Source: Takakia lepidozioides (Eukaryota > Plantae > Bryophyta). Taken from it: a stretch of DNA of 64,000 bases. Below, in pieces: positions 52,432 through 63,722 of the stretch. The notes under the pieces are model-generated. The model saw nothing but the letters and a program-made list of their open reading frames with translations. It was not told the DNA's origin and made no database searches. The stretch spans positions 71,114,001 through 71,178,000 of the forward strand of contig CM060731.1 of assembly GCA_030704615.1 (NCBI GenBank), in the 5' to 3' direction. The position numbers were made by a program, and so were the translations under genes. Numbering within the stretch: the stretch's first letter is position 1; each line of letters starts with the position of its first letter.

Positions 52432-53262
52432 ATGCGGCGCCGAATTTCCATCCGGGGGGATGGACTTCAGTGGCAGATCTCAAACTATAACTTGTTGATG
52501 AGAAAGATGTATGGGTTCATCCACCGCTGGCGTGATGAACACGTTCCACCTCCGTCGGTGGGTACGTGTGACCCAGATGCTCCATTATTGGAGGCCGGAC
52601 TGCTCTTCCGCTTCGCATCATTTCCAAAATCTAAGGGCTTCGTAGCTGTCCGCAAGGTCATCGGCATCCAAGTCGTCCTCAGTTCCTCCTTTGCAAGGAT
52701 GCCGTGCTTCCGGAACAGGGACGACTGCCCATTTGAAGGCATCGATTATGCAATGTATTCGGCCACATCGGGAGACATTGTTATCTGGTACACAGATTAC
52801 ACAGAAGATACTGGTTCGATTGTGGAAACATTGGTGGCTTTTGAGTATATCGTAGGCCACTATGCCTTCGAGCGGGGTGACGATCTTGGTCTGAGGAGTC
52901 CGTGGCTCCTGTGCATCCTCGATTCCGATTTTCCCAGCTACGACGGTCACCCATGCAGAAGAAGGCGCACTGCTATGCTGTTGCGGTGGAACTGCTGCCA
53001 CTGGACGTGGGTGGACTCCATCGGAGAGACCTATTCTCCTAAAGGAGTGCGCTCCTCTTCTCCATTGTATGGGGACATTCGCATTGGTGTGGACGACGAA
53101 AACGTGAAGATTTCCATATTCGATGGTGGTATGATTGAAGGGCAGGACATTGTGGTGAACATCACTAGGGGCGGTACAACGGCTGCAATCGACTTTACAT
53201 GGAGGAGCCCCATGACTCATGAGCTAGTTCTGAGAGCAGTCGAAGTCCCATTGACAACGTGA
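52432..53262 (+). CDS. Unknown protein, paralog B, intronless; true start may be ~52,498-52,507
   Basis: Intact ORF. Amino-acid conservation with the diverged paralog A supports coding status. Confidence 0.72.
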   Translation: MRRRISIRGDGLQWQISNYNLLMRKMYGFIHRWRDEHVPPPSVGTCDPDAPLLEAGLLFRFASFPKSKGFVAVRKVIGIQVVLSSSFARMPCFRNRDDCPFEGIDYAMYSATSGDIVIWYTDYTEDTGSIVETLVAFEYIVGHYAFERGDDLGLRSPWLLCILDSDFPSYDGHPCRRRRTAMLLRWNCCHWTWVDSIGETYSPKGVRSSSPLYGDIRIGVDDENVKISIFDGGMIEGQDIVVNITRGGTTAAIDFTWRSPMTHELVLRAVEVPLTT

Positions 53263-55281
53263 CTTGTATTCAGTAGGCACAGGGCTCAAGATTTGATGGC
53301 ACAATCAGCACAGTAGACGTGCTTCAAATGCAATTCATGTGGATCAATAAAAACCTCATTGTGCCCTCTTTTTATTCTATTCTGTGTCCATCGTTCCCAG
53401 AATGCGTCATTGCTCATTTCGTTTGGGATTGGGAGTGTGGGTGGATTTTGCAAATGGCTGGTAGGCTGAAATGGGCCCCCATTGTACAGAGCAGTACCAC
53501 CCTACCATTCGCGAAACATTGCCTTTCAATATATAATTCTAAATAACATTGCCGAACCTCCTTCATCGGGAGGTCCTTTTCCCCCTATGACCGTGGCACC
53601 CTAAACCCTATTCCCGCGGACTCTCATTTCCGGAAAATAGTGCTGCTCATGTTTTTTTCCACACTTACGACTGTGCTCATGGCTCATGCCGCTCATGGCT
53701 CATGGCTCATGAAATAGCAACCCCCGATTACAGTCTCAAACTGTGACATAGGTGAGTTCCATTTCCAGAAATATGACAAGAGAAGACTACTTCCTTTCTC
53801 TTACACTCAATATATCCAGTTCTTATCCAATAGGCATTTGAATCAATCTTACAACATTGTGATTTCACAAGCTGTACCTATTCTATACATTTCCAGCAAT
53901 GCTGATTTGGCTAGGAAGGAGTGTAGCATTCTGATTAACACTCTTGGGAGGAATGGTTTCAAGACCAGAAAACTTGCTCGTATCTTGACAAAATTCCTTG
54001 AATGTGGTTCATTCCCTGGCCTGCTCTTCCCTGTACAAGAGCTTATTGAGAAACTGAAAGGTACTTTCTAAAAACCTATACAGAGCTATGTTATACCATT
54101 GAACTCTAGCTACGTTCTTTTCTAAGTGATACTATACTAGTGTTGCTATGATACATTTTATGCCATCATTTCATTCTTGATCCGAGGAAGTGAGGATGTA
54201 GGATTCTACCCCTTTGGATAAATAGTATCTGAGGATAGAACTACATGGAAGAGGGAAAACCTTATGAGAAGAGGTCTGGTATGCACTCCCTTACGGGGTG
54301 AGTGCATACCACACTTACTCTGTAAGGTTCTGCCATGCCAGGGGATTGGCTGGTGGGTCCCTCTCTCTCCCTCTCTCCCTCTCCCTCTATAAATCTTTGG
54401 ATTTCATCTGGCCTTAACCTTTTGAGGTTATTTAGTTTTTCATCCCTGCCTTTTTCATCCAAATCTGGATGATTCTATTTTATTGGATGATGAAACTTAA
54501 TATACAGAAAGCTAGAGTTACCATCTATTTTTTTCATCTAAACTGGATGATCTACATAAATAATGGTTACCTATTATAAAATCCAAGAGAATAATAAAAC
54601 TACCATCATAAATTATGGCAGTTATTAAACCTAAACCTATACCATAACCCTAAAAGATACATTTCTATGGGATGTCATCCAGTGACAAAATGCCTATCTT
54701 GGTAAAATGTGATATTTCATCCATCCTGGATGAAAAATCGGGAAGTTTTGCCCTAAGCGGGCTGACACACTTCAAGCACTGAACTCGTGCTTCAGTGAAC
54801 CTTGATGATGCGCCGTATAAACCTGCTCCCCTGCTACTACATGGTACTCGTGATTGCTGGCTCTTGGGATGCGCAGTGGTGGTTAAACAAATTCTTCTAT
54901 AGCAGACGAGAAAGCCGTGATTGCTCTGATCAGGAACTCATGGTTCTTTATTTTGCAGCGGCGCTTTTACTCCTTGTTGGGAAGTACTCTATCCCTATTT
55001 ATCTACAGATTACTTGTTGCTCTCTCTTCGTGTATGAGCCACTCTCTAGCTGTGAACGCTTCTACTCTGATTGCGTTCTGTTGGAGACAATCTGTTGGAC
55101 GCCATGGCGCAGGGCATACCACAAACACTCAAGGTTTTTTGAGTTTACCATTGCTTGAATTGTGATTTGTACTTGCTTTAGAATTCAACACTTACATGGA
55201 TAGCAACTGTGAAGACCTGCCACTTACCTGCTGCATCCTCACTAACACACATCGCTATGTGGTGGTTTTTGGGACGGGCAC

Positions 55282-56495
55282 TGTCGCGCGGCTTTTACTC
55301 ACCCATCCCTTCGCTATCCGAGGCGGAAACTCCAAGATAGAAGAGTTGGAAATCTCTAAGTACTCAGCCCGCGCAGAACAATCAGTCATGACCTACAGCT
55401 AGTGTATCATGGGGGTGTTTCCTATTTGTTTCCCTTTTCGCATTCATCTTAGCTACCTTACCATTGATAATTACGTATTAGTTTCCTTCACTCCTCCATT
55501 CAATCCACAGCTTCACTCAGATCTCTCTACACAGTGTGATTGTATCGTATAAATATCAGATTATGATTTATCAGGTATCAGGCCGAAGCCATTGTATCTC
55601 TATTCTCCTCTACAATATCCCTACGGCTTTGCATCTAACAAGCATCTACTAATCCTCCTTCATCGTGCTCTCCGATCTCCGCTTCCGCCTGACTCCCAAG
55701 TCCTCCCCGAATAATCATCTCATCATAATCCCCGTTCTTCCCTTTATCCTCCTATCCGCGGTTCTAACCGTTTCCCTCTCTAACCGTCGTATGTGAACTA
55801 ACATGTTCCCTTCTCTGGTGTTGTTCCCCACAGTCGTTCCCTGTCCTACTCTTCGTTCCCTATTATCGTGACAGCTGTGTCAAGCGGTGACTGGCTGTGT
55901 TTGGCTGTGTCGGGCTGTGACTGGCTGTGTGGCTATGCCGGGCTGTGACTGGCTGTGTGGGCTGTGTCTGCTGTGACGACTGTGACGGGCTGTGTGGGCT
56001 GTGTGGGCTGTGACGACTATGACGGGCTGTGTGGGCTGTGACGGCTGTGACGGGCTGTGTTGGCTGTAACGGCTGTGTGGGCTGTGTGGGCTGTGACGGC
56101 TGTGTCGGGCTGTGTGGGCTGTGTCGGCTGTGTCGGGCTGTGTGGGCTGTGTCGGCTGTGTCGGCTGTGTGGGTATGCCGGGCTGTGACGGCTGTGTCGG
56201 GCTGTGTGGGCTGTGTCGGCTGTGTCGGGCTGTGTGGGCTGTGTGGGCTGTGTCGGCTGTGTGGGTATGCCGGGCTGTGACTGGCTGTGTGGGCTGTGTC
56301 TGCTGTGACGACTGTGACTGGCTGTGTGGGCTGTGTGGGCTGTGACGACTATGACGGGCTGTGTGGGTTGTGTAACCCCCTTCTACAGTGCTCTGCTGTC
56401 ACCCCTAAGGTTCCTGTTTGTCTCAGTCTGTGCAAAAATTAAGGGTACCCTACAGATCCCGTATAAGTGTCTAAGTCCCCTACAGTCCTCTAACA
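55282..56495 (-). mobile_element. Solo LTR (1,214 bp) with 5-bp TSD GGCAC and an internal GGCTGTG minisatellite
   Basis: TG...CA ends; GGCAC at 55,277-55,281 and 56,496-56,500; reverse-complement homolog of 62,684-63,702. Confidence 0.92.
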
Positions 56496-57315
56496 GGCAC
56501 AGGTGAGGGTCTTCACTTGTCTTGATTTCTTGAAGCTTGCAGTTCCTGTTCTTGCAAGTGTGGATACTGCTGATGCCATCTGCTGTTTCAAACTGCCACC
56601 ATGCCGCTTCAGACCTGCTCCAAGATTGCTCCAATGAGGATCTGCTTCTCTCCTTACCCCTGTTTACGGTTTTTACAACCACATTTGCATGTGTAGGAGT
56701 TTAGCTATGAAGGATACAAGGATACAAAATAGCAGTTATTACTTTGACTGCCTTGATACTTGGCTCTAAAATGAGAACTCTTGGTATGACTCTGATGGAT
56801 CAAAAGGATAGGCTTTGATAGATAACACACATTCTTCAAGGCCCTCATATCATTTTGGTTTCATGGCTTGATAACAAACTGGGGTTTCTGAGCTGCTCTT
56901 TCACCTTGGCAGAACTACTTTATGTGGCCTTAAAATACCATTCTAGGCCTATACCTACTTAAGGGGGCTCTACACTGTTGTTTCTTCTTCCTTTTTAAGA
57001 ATCTTGCTTATATCTTGATTCTAAAACATCATCTTCAAACCAAACCTGCAATCTGGTTTTTGAAATGAGTTTAAAATGGATTCTTGAGATGATGATGTGT
57101 ACTATGGTGCTTTCATGATATGAATGACCTGGAATCCCACCCTCCCGCCCTGTTTTTTCAGAGACCCTGAAATGTAATTGGGTATTCAAATGAGATTGTA
57201 AACATGAAAGAGAATGTTAGATGGTGCCCTGTAAAGGGCTGTTTTGTCTTTCAATGACAATGACCTTAGCGGTCTTGTCCATGTCTTGACATGACATGTA
57301 TATCTTCCCTCTCTT

Positions 57316-58404
57316 CAGTATAGTGCCGAGAGTGGGTAGACCCTTGAGGTCATCCAAGATGTCCTCCCCCATGTCACAGACTGGAAACAAGTTCAGGGAA
57401 GTTTTCCGCCTAACTTCATTTTCATCAGACAATCTCATGGCAACAGACATGGCTGAGGACACTACAGCCTCTAAGTCAGATTTATCCAACAGGGTCAAGA
57501 CTTGCGGATCCAGGTCCAGGTCCTTGAGGATCTCTTCTACTCTCTTCTGCCAGGACTTAGCCTGTTTGACAGGGCGGTCCTGTTTCCAAGATATAGAGTC
57601 AATTAATTTAGGATATCTGGTGTTGGGCATATGTTGCAGCTGACCCCACCATCTGACCTTGAATTCATCTCGTCGGGAGCTTAAGGACGGAATGCCAAAC
57701 TCACCCCGAACAGCCACATTGGCTGTTTTGGAGCATGCTGACATACACTCCTTAAGCACCCCCACTTGAATGGATTCTAGAGACTTAGCCCGGTTGGAGT
57801 TATCAACCCATATAGCAGATCTGTACTCCAAGGCAGGTCTAATAACGTGACAAAGCATGGTTTTCTTAACCTCAGAGTTGACCCCGTTGCAGTGGAAAAA
57901 TTTAGTGAGCCCCAGAGCTTTGCCCTTGCCAGTTTGAACAACTTTCCGGATATGTGCATCCCAATTACAATTGGAGGAAAACTCATCACCCAGGTAAATG
58001 TAGGAAGGGAGGACCGGGATCTCTTGGCTACCCCACTACCACTTAAGATCACTTCCTCCCTCTCCTCTGTCGTTGAATGCTACCACTGCACATTTGCTGA
58101 CATTAGCCTCTAGCCCCCAAAGATCAAAGTATCTCTTCGCGCAATCAATCAACTCCTGGAGATTGGTTGGAGTCTCCCCTATGCCTGCGAAGTCATCCGC
58201 AAACATAAGGGCTGGTATGGTGGTATCACCCACCCTTAACCCAAATCCCTCACTTTCCACATCCTCGAGGAGTTGATTGATGATAACATTGAAGAGCAGA
58301 GGGGAGAGAGTACATCCTTGAGCTACACCTTGGTCTATGTCAAAGAAGTTGGACTTCTGTCTGTTAACAGTGACACAGCTTTTGGTGTGAGCATACAAGT
58401 TGTG
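57316..58404 (-). mobile_element. Non-L1 LINE RT fragment (RTE-X/L2-like), frameshifted
   Basis: GVAQGCTLSPLLFNVII, LMFADD, WGLEANVSKC, IRPALEY, ANVAVRGEFG. Confidence 0.85.
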
Positions 58405-61400
58405 GATATTCATGTCATGTCAAGACATGGACAAGACCAACTAGGGTCATTTGTCAATTAAAGACATAAACAGCCCATGACAGGGCATCATCTAACATTT
58501 CCAGTCTTGTCATAACACACCAAGTGACGCCACCCATCCAGTCATGATAAAACAGGGTGGGAGGGCGGGGTATGTTCATAATCAGATTCCTGTCATGTAC
58601 CCAAGTGACCCTCTTGCACAATATAAGTCAGATTGCAGCCTCAAATTATATCATCCATAGTTATCCATAAGATATGCACCATGCAAGATATCATGGGCAT
58701 ATAAGAACTTCTTGCCACATTACAGATCTCAGATAGGTATACACAAGTACCTTGAGGTGATCCAAGACAAGCCTTATGCAAGGTAGGTAAGAACAGTCTG
58801 CCCTACAACACATTCAGGGAGTGTTCACACCGGCATCAGGAAGGACCAGCCTGCAATTAATTACAATTCTGGCCTGCCACCAAGTACACTTCTCGGGCAT
58901 GGTAAGCCATATTGCCGCTTCACTTTTGGCCAAATGTAAGCACCCCAAAGCATGCATCGTGCAAGGCCTTCTGGGTATGTAAGAACAGCCTGTCATTGTA
59001 TATATTTCAGGACCTGTGCACATAGGAGTCTTGTTGGCCCAGCCTGCAGTAAATCAGACTCCAAACATGCAACCAAGTGATCACTTTGGGCATGACAAGA
59101 CTGACTGCGACTTCATTCTACATGATGTACACTTGCCCCAAGATATACATCATGTAAGGCGTTTTGGCATGGAAGAAAGGCTTGCCCTGTCACAGCATCC
59201 AGATCTGGACACACATACACTTTGAGTGCCCAAGACCAAGCCCACTTGGCCAAGATAAATCATACAATGCAGGTGGCTGTTCATATGGCAAAATAAAGTA
59301 AATAATCATTGGCCAGAGTCCTTTAGAGCTTACCGTCATTGTTTCACAGGAGGCTAATGCCATGTTTTGCAAATAGAACCTCACTATGCTCCATTCCACA
59401 ACAAATCCAGGTCTGAAAACGGCCTGTCACTGCCTTATCAGGCTGTCTTTTTTAACAAAACTCAGGTCTCCTCATCCTTAGAGCCAAACAGCCACTTATG
59501 ACTTGTCCCTTACACCATCAATCATCATTTAAGGCCAAAAGAAAGGGGGGAACCTAGTCTAAAAATCAGGCAAAAAAAACTTTTAATGAAGTTCAGAAAG
59601 GCCATAGTTCCCACACTTGTTCAAACCCTAGTGTTACACAGGTTTTGAATCGATAACATCTGAAAAAATTATATTGTTTTATTGACTTTCATCTATATCA
59701 GATGAGTCACCAGAGAATGAGGAATTACCTCCATAGGGGTTATGACACTGGCATCCTATCTATAATTTTTCCATCCATGCCGGATGAGAAATACCAGGAT
59801 TTGAATTCGTTTTATTCCCCCTTTATGCTTTTTATCCGTACTAGATGAGGCTTTCTCTTAAGGGATGACAAATTACCTGTTAGGATGAAAAATCGTTGCC
59901 CTGGATGACGTATACTACTTTTTCATCCTGCTGATGGATCTCATCCAAATAAATGAACCTATTTATTTTTTCATCTGGACCGGATGAAAAAACCAGCTTA
60001 TGATGGCCATGGAGAATTTTTTAATTACCCTTAATTATTGCTAATTAAGGAGTGAAACCCTAACTCCTACCCTATAATCTACTGTTTAAACCTAGCTAAC
60101 GTATGACATCCGTCGGGTTTGTAAAGAAAGGGTATTGATTATTCATCCCCCGGATGAAAAATCGGGTTCTTCCCTAGGGCGTCTCTCCCGCTGTCAGCTG
60201 CATTCCTCATGCTGCTGAGCTCGCGAGTTATGGTGTCTGAGCTCTAATGTTACCCTGTCTGCTACTTCATGCCGGACGAGCTCCAGGGGATGCGCAATGG
60301 CGGCGTCTTGTCTCTTCTCACAGGCGGGAGAACCCGCTGTGATGGCATCGTCCCTTTCCCTCCTCTGGATTTTATGTTTCGCAACGGCGCTTTGGTGGGG
60401 AAGTATATCGCTCCCTATCCCTTCTTAGACCTAGCATTTGCATGCTTCGCTTCTCCTTAGTTGTGCTGGAGGTGGCGTGTTGGTGGCGATGGCGCAGTGT
60501 TACCTTCCCCAATCGCTCAAGGTGCTTTTGGCGATTAGGGTTCTTTTTACTTCATATCTTTCTCTCTTGTTTTTGGGGTTCTTAGTTGACATCGATAACA
60601 AGTGTAGGGGTCTGTGATTCACCTGGGGTTCCACAATCCTCACTAACCCATTCACCTTGTCAAGGTTGTAACATAATGACCCTAGACCTAAACCAGGTCT
60701 GGTTGTTTTAAAGAGAAGCCTCTGCTGTTGCTTGGTAATCAAAGACTGATTAACAATCATACCTACAACATGGCTCTGGATTTTATGTTACAAAAAAGAT
60801 AGTTGTTTGTTTTTTGCTAGCTATGGCATATTCTGATACAGAACACTGCAGTAGAAAGCAGTTATGGGAAATCAAGCTTACTAAACAATGAATGAGTTTT
60901 GACTCTATGTCATGATTACAAGAAGTTCTAAAAATGTAGCAAATAAGCTCTGGGTTGTTGTTATTAAAAAACTGGTTATCTTATCAAGTAACCAGATGAT
61001 TTAATATCCCGGTTGTGTGATTAATGGAAAATAGTTGGAACTTTTGGGTTCCAGATGAGCAGTACTATTGCATGATATAGGTAAACATTTAATTGTTTGC
61101 TTAGATGCCACCCATAGCTTATAATTATAAAACAGGCATAAAAACAGGCTGGTAACACTTGTTTAGCATACTATTCCTTAGAATATAAAGCTGGATTATT
61201 ATAACGAGGGGATCTTCTAAGTAATCCCACCCTCCCACCCATATTTTCTTGTCATTGAAATCTACCAGGTAGATTCTTTGTCTTTGAAATGTAATGGAGG
61301 TCATCATAAGATCTGATTTGAAGTGGAGTTTGACTGATAATGCCTCTTCATGAGGTTGATTTGTCGTAAAAATTGACAATGACCATGTTTGGTCTTGTCC

Positions 61401-61435
61401 ATGTCCCGACAAGACATAGTATCTTCCCTCTCTTT
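58405..61435. mobile_element. Putative non-autonomous long-TIR (MULE-like) element; further termini at ~57,250-57,315 and ~61,497
   Basis: GATATTCATGTCATGTCAAGACATGGACAAGA..GGTCATTTGTCAATT at 58,405 and 61,510, with its reverse complement at 61,371-61,435 and 57,250-57,315. Bases 58,405-59,567 are a direct repeat of 61,510-62,683. Confidence 0.45.
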
Positions 61436-62683
61436 TGTGCTGCTCACAAAAAAAAAAAAAAACCACAGAGGGAAAGAAGGGGTAGAAAAAGTTAATAAGA
61501 GAGAGGGAAGATATTCATGTCATGTCAAGACATGGACAAGATCAACTAGGGTCATTTGTCAATTAAAGACATAAACAGCCCATGACAGGGCACCATCTAA
61601 CATTTCCAGTCTTGTTATAAAACACCAAGTGACGCCACCCATTCAGTCATGATAAAACAGGGTGGGAGGGCGGGGTATGTTCATAATCAGATTCCTGTCA
61701 TGTACCCAAGTGACCCACTTGCACAATATAAGTCAGATTGCAGCCTCAGATTACATCATCCATAGTTATCCATAAGATATGCACCATGCAAGATATCATG
61801 GGCATATAGGAGCATCTTGCCACATTACAGATCTAAGATATGTATACACAAGTACCTTGAGGTGATCCAAGACAAACATTATGCAAAGTAGGTAAGAACA
61901 GCCTGCCCTACAACACATTCAGGGAGTGTTCACACCGGCAGCAGGAAGGACCAGCCTGCAATTAATTACAATTCTGGCCTGCCACCAAGTACACTTCTTG
62001 GGCATGGCAAGTCATATTGCAGCTTCAAATTTGACCAAATGTAAGCACCCCAAAGCATGCATCGTGCAAGGCCTTCTAAGTATGTAAGAACAACCTGTCA
62101 TTGTATATATTTCAGGACCTGTGCACATAGGACTCTTGCTGGCCCAGCCTGCAGTAAATCAGACTCCAAACATGCAACCAAGTGATCACTTTGGGCATGA
62201 CAAGACTGACTGCGACTTCATTCTACATGATGTACACTTGCCCCAAGATATACATCATGTAAGGTGTTTGGGCATGGCAGAAAGGCCTGACGTGTCACAG
62301 CTTCCAGATCTGGACACACATACACTTTGAGTGCCCAAGACCAAGCCCACTTGGCCAAGATAATCATACAATGCAGGTGGCTGTTCATATGGCAAAATAA
62401 AGTAAATAATCACTGGCCAGAGTCATTTAGAGCTTACCGTCATTGTTTCACAGGAGGCTAATGCCATGTTTTGCAAATAGAACCTCACTATGCTCCATTC
62501 CACAACAAATCCAGGTCTGAAAACGGCCTGTCATTGCCTTATCAGGCTGTCTTCTTTAACAAAACTCAGGTCTCCTCATCCTTAGAGCCAAACAGCCACT
62601 TATGACCTTTCCCTTACACCATCAATCCTCTTTTCAAGCCAAAAAAAAATGAAACCTGGTCTAAAAATCCACAGGCAAAGCTG

Positions 62684-63702
62684 TGTTAGAGGACTGTAGG
62701 GGACTTAGACACCTATACGGGATCTGTAGGGTACCCTTAAATTTTGCACAGACTGAGACCAACAGGAGCCTTAGGGGTGACAGCAGCGCACTGTAGAGGG
62801 GGGTTACACAGTCGTCACAGCCCACACAGCCGTCACAGTCCACACAGCCAACACAGCCAACACAGCCCGTCACAGTCGTCACAGTCGTCACAGTCATCAA
62901 AGCCAACACAGCCGACACAGTCGACACAGCCAACACAGCCAACACAGCCGACACAGCCCGGCACAGCCACACAGCCAGTCACAGCCCGACACAGCCAAAC
63001 ACAGTCGCACAGCCAGTCACAGCCCGTCACAGTTTCACACAGCCAGTCACAGCTTGACACAGCTGTCACGATCATAGGGAACGAAGAGTAGGATAGGGAA
63101 CGACTGTGGGGAACAACACCTGCGAAGGGAACATGTTAGTTCACAGACGACGGTTAGTGAGGGAAACGGTTAGAACTGCGGATAGGAAGATAAAAGGGAA
63201 AACGGGGAATGAAGGAGGGGATTTTTATCATTCAGAGGAGGACTTCTTAGTCAGGCTGGAGCGGAGATCAGAAGCAAAAGATGGAGAGCACGGTGAAGGA
63301 GGAAAGAGGATTAGTAGATGCTTGTTATATGCAAAGCTGTAGTGATATTGTAGAGCAGATTAGAGACATAATGGCTTCGGCCTGATACCTGATAAATCAT
63401 AATCTGATACTTATACGATACAATCACACTGTGTAGAGAGATCTGAGTGAAGCTGTGGATTGAATGGATGAGTGAAGGAAACCGATAGATTGATGAAGCA
63501 AACTGATACTTAATTATCAATGGTAAGGTAGCTAAGATGAATGCGGAAAGGGAAACAAATAGGAAACACCCCCATGATACACTAGTTGTAGGTCATGACT
63601 GATTGTTCTGCGCGGGCTGAGTACTTAGAGATTTCCAACTCTTCTATCTTGGAGTTTCCGCCTCGGATAGCGAAGGGATGGGTGAGTAAAAGCCGCGCGA
63701 CA
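62684..63702 (+). mobile_element. 5' LTR of an LTR retrotransposon that continues beyond the window
   Basis: TGTTAGAGG...CGCGACA, homologous to the solo LTR and followed by a PBS. Inserted after AGCTG in the repeat unit whose empty site is visible at ~41,303. Confidence 0.88.
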
Positions 63703-63704
63703 TT

Positions 63705-63722
63705 TGGCGACCATACTGGGGA
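63705..63722 (+). promoter_or_regulatory. Primer-binding site (TGGCGACCATACTGGGGA), resembling tRNA-Arg-type PBSs of Tat/Ogre Ty3-gypsy elements
   Basis: TGG starts after a 2-nt gap following the LTR's terminal CA. The tRNA identity is from memory of Ogre PBSs and was not verified. Confidence 0.65.

Larger units (their letters stand above)
44253..53725. mobile_element. Unclassified ~9.5-kb inserted cassette: palindrome arrays, a ParB-like/DNA-methyltransferase gene and a divergent paralog pair
   Basis: Interrupts the Penelope-like ORF. The left junction cuts a palindrome unit; the right end is (GCTCATG)n-AAATAGCAACCCC. No transposase was recognised. Confidence 0.6.
43601..54071 (+). mobile_element. 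Penelope-like retroelement RT (Naiad/Chlamys-like), split into an N-terminal part (43,601-44,252) and a thumb (53,726-54,071); the RT core is absent and replaced by the insert
   Basis: CLC...HVRTMDLNII...LKELFSLGMNHIP resembles the pre-RT region. ITVSN..GEFHFQKYDKRRLLPF.YTQYIQFLSNR..NQSYNIVISQ...L.RNGF resembles RT motif 7 and the thumb. Confidence 0.68.

Noticed and set aside
54225-54285. Hammerhead ribozyme in the Penelope-like 3' region (CTGAGGA...GAAA...GGTC)
   Set aside because: Stem II cannot form convincingly and the GAAA/stem III/UH register is off. An Infernal search would settle it.
56029-56506. Cys/Gly-rich metallothionein-like ORFs (also at 62,661-63,091)
   Set aside because: They are translations of the GGCTGTG minisatellite inside the LTRs.
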